Source of the DNA: Octopus sinensis
Lineage: Eukaryota
DNA length: 64,000 bases
NCBI RefSeq assembly: GCF_006345805.1
Contig: NC_043005.1
Location: 37,820,001 to 37,884,000 of the forward strand
Direction: 5' to 3'
Shown: one piece after another, positions 39,911 through 50,733 of the stretch
Layout of the letters: each line of letters opens with the position of its first letter
Position numbering within the stretch: position 1 is the first letter of the stretch
Program-made: the position numbers and the translations under genes
Notes under the pieces: model-generated
Database searches by the model: none
What the model was told of the DNA's origin: nothing
The model's input: only the letters and a program-made list of their open reading frames with translations

Positions 39911-40299
39911 ACAGACATATATATATATACATATATACAACGGGCTTCTTTCAGTTTCCGTCAAACAAATCCACTCACAAGGCTTTGGTGGGCCCGAGGC
40001 TATAGTAGAAAACCCTTGCCCAAGGTGCCATGCAGTGGGACTGAACTCAGAACCATGTGGTTCATAAGCAAGCTACTTACCACATAGCTACTCCTACGCC
40101 TACATATAAACAAGCAAAAAGTATGATCTCCCCACCTCCCCTCCCAAACCATTATAAAAAATTACATTTCTATCAACAAACATTCCAGAACTAACCTTAT
40201 ATTTTTTCTATCTGCTATTATCCCCTTTTTATCAGAAGTCATGAATCTTACATCTCATTAACACCACCACGCCCAGACACACATCTAAACTTATCTTTA

Positions 40300-41320
40300 A
40301 CATAGAAAATTACTGAAGCATTTCTTTATGAGATTAAAATTGTTGATTCAGCCATAAGAGAATTTGAAAAACATCCAACCATCATATTTTTCACCTAAGG
40401 TCAACTATTCAAACGGGACCAGCAGGAGGGCACTTTCACTATTTTTCATCTATATCTCCTACACTACTCAAAAAGGCCCTTCTCCTTGCATAAAAAATCC
40501 CTAACAATGAAATTAGTATTATCCTTACAGCTACACATAGTCTTATCAATTTTCAAGGTGAATCACGGTCCCACACTGCTCAGTGCAACAAATTTGTGAT
40601 CACTATGGGCTCATCTAACTCTGCATAAGTTGCAGACTACATAGGCTTGTACCTCCTATATGAAATTCATAAGTTATTTCCATATATTTTGTGAGCTCTG
40701 TATCAAGAAATGCTCTCCTTACTGTGGTTAATAAACCCTCTTTTTTCCTACGAAAGGAACTACACAAATTTTTCCAAAATTTTCACCTAATTATCTCCTT
40801 TGAAAAGGTTACTGCAACAGTAAACTTTCTTGCCCTAACTCTTGACATAAGTTCAAAACGTTCTGCACCTGCCATAAAGCCGAATGAAAATTTACATTAT
40901 ATCCATATATCCTCTGATCATCTATATTCAGTTGGGATTGTTAGTTATAACATTCTTAACATATCTATTTGAGTCTCTAACTTTTCTGCAAATGAAACCA
41001 TCTTCCAAAATCATGCTACATATTAAAACCAATTCCTTAAAAGTAGTGGTTATGATGCAACTATAACACCAAATGTAAATAGATCTTGTGCACAAAGATC
41101 GACCCACTTTACACACCTTTCAAAACAACAATCTTAAAGCTAATGCTTCACTAGCCAAACATTCATTTCTTAAATCCCAGAACATCAGGACATGATTAAA
41201 AGCTCAGCCCTATAAGGGTAATGAGGGTATTTATAAGCTCTGCCTCTGCAAAAATCTGGAAATCATTTTTGCAGATAGGAAAAAAAAAATGGTCATTAAC
41301 GAAGTCTGCTCCTTGTACAT
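40300..41320 (+). mobile_element. Highly degenerate Penelope-like element (RT and GIY-YIG C-terminal remnants)
   Basis: FSSISPTLLKKAL, FVITMGSSNSA*VADYIGLYLL, TVNFLALTLDI...KPNENLHYIHISSDH, FLKSSGY, ASLAKH...AQPYKG...KLCLCK match PLE RT/EN motif patterns and the 2262-3985 element. Confidence 0.7.
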
Positions 41321-41813
41321 AAACTAAAATGTATTTTTAAGAACTTCATGAGAGAAAAGGAGTAGCCCTATAATACATTATTTGTTTTATCAAGTGGTTT
41401 AATTGTCGTTTATTTTCACCAATTCCACTATGTATTTGCACTATATGTCTGTCCACATGGTCAGGTAATGTATTGTGGGAGGAGAGCTTACCTAGAGCTG
41501 ATTGGTTAAGAATGAAATTCTAGAAGTTACAAAGTCATGCAAGGATTCTAGATTAATGCATGAGCTTATAAGGAGAGTCTAGTCTATAATAGACTCTGTC
41601 CACATATAACTCATTTAATTCCCTTTCATTTTTACCATTCTTGAAATTCTAAGCTTTGCTTCATATCATCTCATACCACCTTTTTCTCATCTTGTTTTGC
41701 ATTATTGTACTGTTCTGTCTCTCTGTTGCATCTGGTTAATTTATCCTATGCATTTGTCCCACGGCCAGTCTCCTCATACATTTTGAGTTGCTTGGTTATG
41801 TATTAATATATAA

Positions 41814-41869
<56 letters not shown>

Positions 41870-42144
41870 GTGTGTGTTTGTTTGTCTGTATATATGTGTG
41901 TGTGTGTGTGTATAGCTGTGTATGTATATACGTGTGTTCATGTATTGTGTTGGTGTTTGTTACCTTCACTGCTTGAAAAACAGTGTTGGGCTGCTTATAT
42001 CTCTGTAACTTAGCAATTTGGCAAATGTGGCCAATAGAATATGTACCTGGCTTTAAAAAAAACAAATAAGGACTGGGGTTGTCCCAACATGACCACAGTC
42101 TAATGACAAATGGATGAAAGATATATATATATATATATATATAT

Positions 42145-45100
42145 CTAGTCACCTACCGTTCTGGCAGACACACCAGCCAGATTGACTACATCCTTGCCAG
42201 AAAAAGGGAAAGAGGGCTGATTATAAATGCCAAAACCTTCCCAGGCGAAGAATGTACTCCCCAACATAGATTAGTAGTTAGCGACTTCAGGATCAGAGCT
42301 AAATGGTCGCCCAGAAGAAGACCAGCTTGGAGGAGAAGGGTCTGGAAGCTTAAAGATCCTGCAAATGCACAGAGATTTAGAGACATACTACTCGAAGCCT
42401 CTGACGAAATAGAAGGGGATATAGCTTCACTTAATGTGGAAGACAACTGGAGATTCCTACGGGACAATCTGCTGACAGCCACTGACCAGATCTGTGGATG
42501 GAGCAAAGTACCATCTCGACCCAGAGTAACATGGTGGTGGAACACGGTGGTTGACGGGGCTATTAGACAAAAGAGACAGGCTTGGAAGGACTGGAAGAAC
42601 GGTGGTAGCAGGGAATTGTATCAGACAGCCAAAAGGGAAGCTAGGAGACAGGTTTATATAGCCAGAGGGGAAGCGGATAAGAAAAAATTTGCCAATGTTC
42701 TGAGCCGTGAGGATGAAAGACTTGAGGTATTTCGTGTTGCAAGACAGTGTGTGAGAGAGAATCGTGATGTGGTAGGAGAGAAGTGTGTTCGCATGGATGA
42801 TGGTTCACTTGCGCTAAATGAGGATGCAAAGAGAGAGGTTTGGAGATGCCACTATGAAAGTTTGCTGAATAAAGAAAATGAATGGGATAAAGAGAGTCTG
42901 CCAAATGTTGACCCAACAGAGGGACCAGCTATCCGAGTTGATAGTTCCGTAGTAGCTAAGGCAGTTAGGAGCATGAAGACAGGGAAAGCCCCAGGCCCAT
43001 CAGGAATTACTGCAGAGATGCTCAAAATATCTGGCAGTGTCGGCTATAACCTAGTCACCCGTATAGTCAACCAGGTGATACACGAAGGAGTCATACCCAA
43101 TGACTGGTGTAGCAGCATACTAGTCAACTGCTACAAAGGTAAAGGTGATGCCCTGGATACAAATAATTACAGAGGTATCAAGCTGTTGGATCAGGTAATG
43201 AAGGGTACGGAGAGGGTCTTAGCCCAACTAATTAGAGAGAGAGTTAGTTTAGATGAGATGCAGTTTGGGTTTGTCCCAGGGAAAAGCACCACTGATGCTA
43301 TATTCCTGGTAAGGCAGCTGCAGGAGAAATACCTAGCCAAGGATAAGCCCCTGTACCTGGCTTTTGTTGACATGGAGAAAGCCTTTGATAGGGTCCCCCG
43401 ATCCCTCATCTGGTGGTCAATGAGGAAACTAGGGATAGATGAATGGCTGGTGAGGGCTGTGCAAGCCATGTACAGAGATGCCGTAAGTAAGGTTAGAGTT
43501 GGCAACATGTACACAGAAGAATTCAAAGTAGAGGTTGGGGTCCACCAGGGTTCAGTACTCAGCCCCCTCCTATTTATCATAGTCCTCCAGGCAATAACGG
43601 AGGAATTCAAGTCCGTTTGCCCCTGGGAGCTCCTCTATGCTGACGACCTCGCTCTAATCGCTGAGTCACTATCAGAACTGGAGGAGAAGTTCCAGGTGTG
43701 GAAGGAGGGTTTAGAATCGAGGGGCCTTAGAGTCAACCTAGCTAAAACCAAAGTACTAATAAGTAGAAAGGTAGAAAACCCACAAATATCATCAGGAAGA
43801 TGGCCCTGTTCGATCTGTAGAAAAGGTGTAGGTAGAAACTCTATAAGATGTACCCAGTGTAAGCTATGGACACATAAGAGGTGCAGCAATGTCAAAGGTA
43901 GGCTAACTGGGAAGATAGTTTTTGTATGTGGCAGGTGCTCTGGAGCACTGACCTCCGAAAATCTGCAGAAAACAACTTCTGTCACTTTCCGGGGGAAAAA
44001 CTAGAAGTAGTTGATAGTTTCCGCTATCTAGGTGACCAAGTCAGTAGTGGGGGTGGGTGCGCTGAAAGTGTAACTGCTAGAATAAGAATAGCCTGGGCAA
44101 AGTTTAGGGAGCTCTTACCTCTGCTGGTGACTAAAGGCCTCTCGCTCAGAGTAAAAGGCAGACTGTATGATGCATGTGTACGAACAGCTATGCTACATGG
44201 CAGTGAAACATGGGCCGTGACTGCTGAGGACATGCGTAAGCTCGTGAGGAACGAAGCCAGTATGCTCCGATGGATGTGTAATGTCAGTGTACTTACTCGA
44301 CAGAGCGTTAGTACCTTGAGAGAAATGTTGTACCTAAGAAGCATCAGTTGTTGTGTGCAAGAGAGACGATTGCGCTGGTATGGTCATGTGGCGAGAATGG
44401 ATGAAGAGAGGTGTGTGAGAAAGTGCCAATCCCTAGCAGTTGAGGGAACCCGTGGAAGAGGTAGACCCAGGAAAACCTGGGACGAGGTGGTGAAGCACGA
44501 CCTTCGGACGTTAGGTCTCACCATGGAAATGACTAGAGACCGAGACCTATGGAAGTATGCTGTGCGTGAGAAGACCCGGCAAGACTAGTGAAGCCATAAT
44601 CCGTGGCCCCTACCTGGGACGTAGTCAGTCCACCTGTGCATACCTTCCTTCTTGTGACACTTGTGAAGACCTGTTGAGGCAAGTGAGAATCGAATCGAAT
44701 CGTATCAAATCAAATCGAACCAAATCAAAATAGATGAACATCAATGGAATTTGTATCCTTGTGGTACCAGTGCCGGTGGCACATAAAAAACCATCCGAAC
44801 GTGACCGTAGCCAGTACCGCAATGACTGGCCTCCGTGCTGAGGGCACGTAACAAACACCATCCGAGCGTGGCCGTCCACCAGCCTCGTCTAGCACCTGTG
44901 TCGGTGACACATAAGAAAACACCATCCGAGCGTGGCCGTCTGCCAGCCTCGTCTGGCACCTGTGTCGGTGGCACATAAAAAACACCATCCGAGCGTGGCC
45001 GTCTGCCAGCCTCGTCTGGCACCTGTGTCGGTGGCACATAAAAAAAAACACCATCCGAGCGTGGCCGTCTGCCAGCCTCGTCTGGCACCTGTGTCGGTGG

Positions 45101-45343
45101 CACATAAAAAACACCATCCGAGGTGGCCGTCTGCCAGCCTCGTCTGGCACCTGTGTCGGTGGCACATAAAATCACCCACTACACTCTCGGAGTGGTTGGC
45201 GTTAGGAAGGGCATCCAGCTGTAGAACACTGCCACATCTGACTGGCCTGGTGCAGCCTTCGGGCTTCCCAGACCCCAGTTGAACCGTCCAACCCATGCTA
45301 GCATGGAAAGCGGACGTTAAACGATGATGATGATGATGATGAT
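42145..45343 (+). mobile_element. RTE-clade LINE copy 2, 5'-truncated within APE: RT with PHD insertion, tandem-array 3' UTR, (GAT)n tail
   Basis: Open frame from 42145 (LVTYRSGRHTSQIDYIL) to a 1-bp deletion at ~43990, continuing in a second frame to TAG at 44586-44588. About 93% identical to copy 1 in one ~235-nt RT segment compared by eye. Inserted in (TA)n. Confidence 0.96.
44854..45172 (+). repeat. Five tandem ~63-bp GC-rich units within the RTE 3' UTR
   Basis: Unit AACACCATCCGAGCGTGGCCGTCTGCCAGCCTCGTCTGGCACCTGTGTCGGTGGCACATAAAA; units differ mainly in A-run length; no spacers. Confidence 0.92.
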
Positions 45344-45366
45344 ATATGTATATTTATATATATATA

Positions 45367-45708
45367 TTGTAAGATTCAAATAAGATGACAATTTATTTTT
45401 GAACACAAAAATGCTATTAGAACAGCAGAATTATTGGGTAACAAAGTGGAAAAATTTGTCAACAAACAGCTATAATTGTGCATTTAGCTTTATAGCATCT
45501 AAAATTGCAGATTAATTTGTCAGTGGGCAGTTTAGCTTAATGGTAAAGCACTTGACCAGAGACCTCAAGCGATGTGCATTCAAGTCTCATGGCTGTTTGT
45601 TCACAAATTTTTCAACTTTGTAAGCGTAATTTACGCAATATTTCTGCTGTTCTAACACCATTTCTGTGGTCAAAAATGAATTATCATCTTATTAGTATCT
45701 TACAATAC
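45367..45708. repeat. Fold-back element (arms ~45367-45472 and ~45592-45708) enclosing a tRNA-like sequence
   Basis: ATTGTAAGATTC...TTAGAACAGCAGAA...AAAAATTTGTCAACAAACAGC versus its reverse complement. Confidence 0.8.
45526..45597 (+). pseudogene. tRNA-like sequence (SINE head or tRNA pseudogene)
   Basis: Cloverleaf-like: wobble-rich acceptor GGCAGTT/GGCTGTT, D arm GCTT-AATGGTA-AAGC, anticodon stem CTTGA/TCAAG with an abnormal 9-nt loop, T loop TTCAAGT with a mismatched T stem. Confidence 0.55.
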
Positions 45709-45773
45709 ACATTTCGTTGTTTATAAAAAACAAATATTAGTTTGTTTATTGTTTATATTTATGTACACATAGT

Positions 45774-45805
<32 letters not shown>

Positions 45806-46083
45806 TTTACCAGCTTAAACTCTATGGTTTCCATTAACTCACTTGCATGAGCGGAGCATTGCAATTTATTTATAATACACCTTAACTAAAGTACAAGACA
45901 TACATCTACATGATTAATATATAGTTACATTGAAGAAAACATTTTTTGACACGATATAACAAATCAATTCATCAATAAAAACACACCTGAAACAGCTGTA
46001 GTGAGTGAACCACTATCCATCTATTGTTATTTGTTTGTCTGTGTGTGTGTGTGTGTGTGTATACTGTATATATATTCAAACAG

Positions 46084-46445
46084 TTATCTGGAGCTGCTGG
46101 AAACTGTGGTCAAGCCCTGGCTAGGGTGGTCGTTGCTGTCATCTTTGTGACAGCAGCATTTGGCTCCTTGCCATGTCTCTAAAAAGAGACAGTAGTGGTG
46201 TTTGGAGAATTTCTATTGCTTTACCAGCCCCAACTTCTAGTTCCTTTGATTCTAAATCTCATGGATTACTATGTATTGGGCACAGTTTTGGGAGACAGCA
46301 AATGCTCTGCCTGCCACACCAAGGCTGAGCTGGTGTCCAAGGAGATATTCAAACTTCTCCCCACGACACAGTGAGAAATACATGTACCATGTCCCAGAGC
46401 TGTTTTGAGGCTATGTTGGAAGCTGAGGGTGGCTACACTGAGGTC
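46084..46445 (+). mobile_element. Tc1/mariner-superfamily (maT-like) transposase C-terminal pseudogene
   Basis: YLELLETVVKPW...APCHVSK...LENFYCFTSPNF...LMDYYVLG...EAMLEAEGGYTE with multiple stops and a frameshift. Confidence 0.75.
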
Positions 46446-48256
46446 GCTACTTTGAGTAAATCAAATCATAATGTAATATCATAATGTAATCAACATTTTA
46501 TTTTTTAAAATACTTTTATTTTTGTATGGCATATTGTGTTTTCTTTTATGTTTATGCAAACTGTTCTATTTAGCCCAAATATACTGCGTGTATGTAAATG
46601 AGATCCATATAGTTTCTAGCTAGCAGTCCTGGTCACGTAACATCAGTTATCCCTAAGCTAGAATAATAAACAACTTGACCAAGGCATTGCATAGAACCCC
46701 AAACCCACAAAGTTGCAAAACAAACTGCATTTATACCAAAATGGCTCCAACAGCAAAATTTAGCAGCAGGAAGACTGTAGATCATCCTAACTCAGCCAAC
46801 TTGCCCAGAGAAGAAGTCATGCACAGCTAGGTGTCTTCAAAGCCAATGTCTCATGGAATGTTGTTCTTTGTTACTTAATTTCACACTGACTGACTTCTGC
46901 TGCTTACTACTTGGAGACTTGACCCTCCTTATAAGCTCATGCATTAATCTAGAATCCTTCTAAAGAGTTGCATGACTTGGTAACTTCTAGAACTTCATTC
47001 TTAACGAATCAGCTCTAGGTATGCTCCCCTCCCACAATATATTACCTGACCATATGAGACATCTCATTTATCATTTAACATAATTCTGGAATTTTTCTAT
47101 GGCATTCTAACATGAAGCAATATTGCCAAGTGATTACACAGAAAACTAAACAACTTCACAAATTTACCATAGAAAATCAAAGTTAACACAAATATAACTT
47201 ATTCGCTCCTTCATAACAATACATATAGACACACATTGACAGACATTTATTTGAACTTCTAGAAAACAATGATACTGTTACATTCTGGACATTTAAAAAC
47301 AAATTGTCTTGCTTCAGTGAAATTTACCAAATTCTGTTGTTAGTCTTAATATCCTGTATATTGATATATCCTCTCCCCGTATGGTATATTGTTCTTCCTT
47401 ACCCTCTCCTATGTAACAGCTTTCATTAATACTTCACCTTCTTCCTTTCCTCCATTCCAATGTTGTATGTTGATTAACTGGTCTTTAATTGCTTATAACT
47501 TGATGAACATTACTAAATTATCTTCTGATTGAATACATATGGTGGCATTTTGTTTTTGTTTGTTTTCCTTTTGTTCTTTCTAATGTCAGATTTCAATTTT
47601 TTTCTTCACTTTTATGAAATAACTTTTTTCTATTTCATTTATTTTTTACTTTTTATTATTTAATGATAAATGCTAGGAGGAAGCCATGAGCTGTAACTAA
47701 AATGTTTTACTTTGTTGCATTATTTTAGTTTTATATATTTTTCAAGGGTTAAATATTTTTCTCCAGCCTTTTAAATATGTCCAACCAATGAAATCAACTT
47801 AAATTACTTAACAAATATTCGACCAATGAAGATAAAACTATTATTTAATTGACTAGGAGGAGGAAAAAATTACGAAAACAATAGCAAATAAACAAGAGAA
47901 AAGTCAAGAAAAATATACATCATTCACCAAAAAAGATCAATAATTATATGCTACCGAATTAAAAAATAAAACAGAAAATAGTGTTTGCTTGAGTTATTTT
48001 CTAACAATAAATGGATATCATAAATCATCTTAAAAATGTCATCGTTATCTATTAATTTACTTGTGAAAGGTTCACACTAAAATATTCAATAATATATAAT
48101 GGTTTACTTTTTGTATTACTATTGTTTTTCCGTCCATACATTGTTATTACTTAGTATAATTTTAATTATGTGTGTGTACATATATGTATATATATATTTA
48201 TCTGTCTATCTATCTGTCTATTTAGCTGTCTATCTGTCTGTCTATCCATCTATCTA

Positions 48257-48314
<58 letters not shown>

Positions 48315-48317
48315 ATA

Positions 48318-48359
<42 letters not shown>

Positions 48360-49389
48360 TCTATCTATCTATCTATCTGTCTGTCTATTGATATATGTGT
48401 ATGTGTGTGTGTGTGTGTAATTTCAGGTGTAGTAGTGTGGTTGTGAAGTTAGCTTACCATTCATGTGGTCTCATTCAGTCCTGTAATCATATGACTGGAG
48501 ATAATCTTCACTTCTTGGCACCTTGGGCAAGTATTTTCTACTATAACCTTATACCAACCAAAGCCTTATGAATGAATTTAGTAGATAAAAATTGAAAGAA
48601 GCCAGCCTATCATGTGTGTGCACGTATGCCTATTCTTGACTTCACATCATGTTAGTAGTAAATAAGCGTCACCCTCATAGAATTAATGTTTGTTTCTAAT
48701 CTTCCATGAAAAACATGTGTAAACAAGGGGAAATATTACTTTGAAATATTACTTTGCGTGAGAACAGGAAAAGCATCCACCCTTTCTATAGGAAAATCTT
48801 CTTCAAAAGCCTATCTTACACATGCAAGCAGGAAAAAGAGTTGATGTTATATAATTATATATATATATATTATATATATATATTATATATATATATATTT
48901 ATCTGTCTATCTATCTGTCTGTCTATTGATATATGTGTATGTGTGTGTGTGTGTGTAATTTCAGGTGTAGTAGTGTGGTTGTGAAGTTAGCTTACCATTC
49001 ATGTGGTCTCATTCAGTCCTGTAATCATATGACTGGAGATAATCTTCACTTCTTGGCACCTTGGGCAAGTATTTTCTACTATAACCTTATACCAACCAAA
49101 GCCTTATGAATGAATTTAGTAGATAAAAATTGAAAGAAGCCAGCCTATCATGTGTGTGCACGTATGCCTATTCTTGACTTCACATCATGTTAGTAGTAAA
49201 TAAGCGTCACCCTCATAGAATTAATGTTTGTTTCTAATCTTCCATGAAAAACATGTGTAAACAAGGGGAAATATTACTTTGAAATATTACTTTGCGTGAG
49301 AACAGGAAAAGCATCCACCCTTTCTATAGGAAAATCTTCTTCAAAAGCCTATCTTACACATGCAAGCAGGAAAAAGAGTTGATGTTATA

Positions 49390-49410
<21 letters not shown>
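48360..49410 (+). repeat. 538-bp direct tandem duplication containing a degenerate SINE
   Basis: TTTCAGGTGTAG at 48421 and 48959; ORF-track entries 48754 and 49292 start identically. No differences seen outside the microsatellites. Confidence 0.9.
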
Positions 49411-49432
<22 letters not shown>

Positions 49433-49504
49433 TATATATATATATATGTATGTATGTATGGATGTATGGATGTATGTATGTATGGATGTATGTATGTATG
49501 TATA

Positions 49505-49800
49505 AAATAATGACAATGATAATAATGAAATTATTGTATACAGTGCTCAGGTGCACCACAACTTGTCAGAAGTGTGTATAAAGCATATTCAGTAATGTAC
49601 AAATGTCTGGGAAGTGAACAGTGTATGAGTCAGATACATGCTTGCGTGTGTATTGAGAGGAGAAAATCAGGTGTAGTGTTGGCGAATCTCAGGAAGCATG
49701 GAGGTTTTGAAGGATACAGTGCTCCGACAACTAACAACTGATGGTGGCAGTTTGTTCCATACTTCAGCAACTCTTAGCGTGAAAAAATGTTTCTGGAAAA
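49505..49800 (-). mobile_element. CR1/L2-type LINE 3' fragment
   Basis: Minus-strand RKHFFTLRVAEVWNKLPPSVVSCRSTVSFKTSM...* resembles the CR1 ORF2 C-terminus, followed by a short 3' UTR and ATT-like tail. Confidence 0.7.
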
Positions 49801-50318
49801 GTGTACTATTGTAAGTGTACTATTTATAGGAAAGTTCCAGGGGAATAATTACAAGGTAGCTAAATGTTGCTTAAGTTTACTAGAAAATAATGATCACACT
49901 TGTGTGTGATTTGATCCTGGGAAAGTAAGTTGTATTTAGGAGAAAATAGGAAAAGTTGAATAAGGAGACAAATGCTCAGGATGTTATTAAATCATTTATA
50001 TCTTCATATCTTCTACATATGTTTCGGTGGATGCATTCAAAATACATCCAACAGGATGAATTATGGTCAACTATGCATCAATCTTATCGGGAAGGATATA
50101 AACAACAGCACTCATCAAATAGATTTTATTACAGATATAGAAAGCCCTAGAAAATGTGACGTATTTATATGCATAGGCACGCAGATGTACACATGCATAT
50201 ATGCAACATGCATACATAAACATATATATATATATACACATATATATATATATATTTACCAACATGAACATATATATACATATATACACATACATGTCTA
50301 TCTGTATCTATCTATCTA

Positions 50319-50349
<31 letters not shown>

Positions 50350-50444
50350 ATATATATATATATATGTGTATGTACATGTATTGTCATAAATTATAGATCC
50401 AAAAGAGAAGCACACTCTAAGTTAAAGAGCAGTAGATTATTTAG

Positions 50445-50650
50445 ATAAAGATAGTTATGGCTGGTTTATAGTGTTACCCAGGGTTTTGCGTCCATAGAGT
50501 ACTTCGCTTTACAACATCTCATCACACCCTAATGCCAGTGGCCTATAACCTCTCTAGACCACCAGCCATTAGGGTCTGATGAGACACTGTAAAGCTAAGC
50601 ACTTTATGGACATGAAATCCTTGGTAACCCTTTAAATAATTATCTTTATC
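50445..50650. mobile_element. Palindromic element with two divergent degenerate type I hammerhead motifs
   Basis: Plus copy 50571-50631: AGGGT-CTGATGA-[31-nt stem II]-GAAA-TCCTTGG-TA-ACCCT. Minus copy 50470-50530: AGGGT-GTGATGA-...-AAAA-CCCTGGG-TA-ACACT. Located between microsatellites. Confidence 0.65.
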
Positions 50651-50681
50651 TCTCTCTCTCTCTCTCTCCATATACATATTT

Positions 50682-50733
<52 letters not shown>

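Larger units (their letters stand above)
38270..40095 (-). mobile_element. SINE family A split by two LINE insertions (tail 38270-38458, head 39911-40095)
   Basis: The two halves rejoin into a complete family-A element with the break in its central CA/TA microsatellite. Confidence 0.8.

Noticed and set aside
44854-45172. CRISPR-like array
   Set aside because: Units are contiguous with no unique spacers, lie in a LINE 3' UTR in eukaryotic DNA, and no cas genes are present.
45526-45597. Functional tRNA gene
   Set aside because: 9-nt anticodon loop, broken T stem and four G-U acceptor pairs; retained only as tRNA-like.
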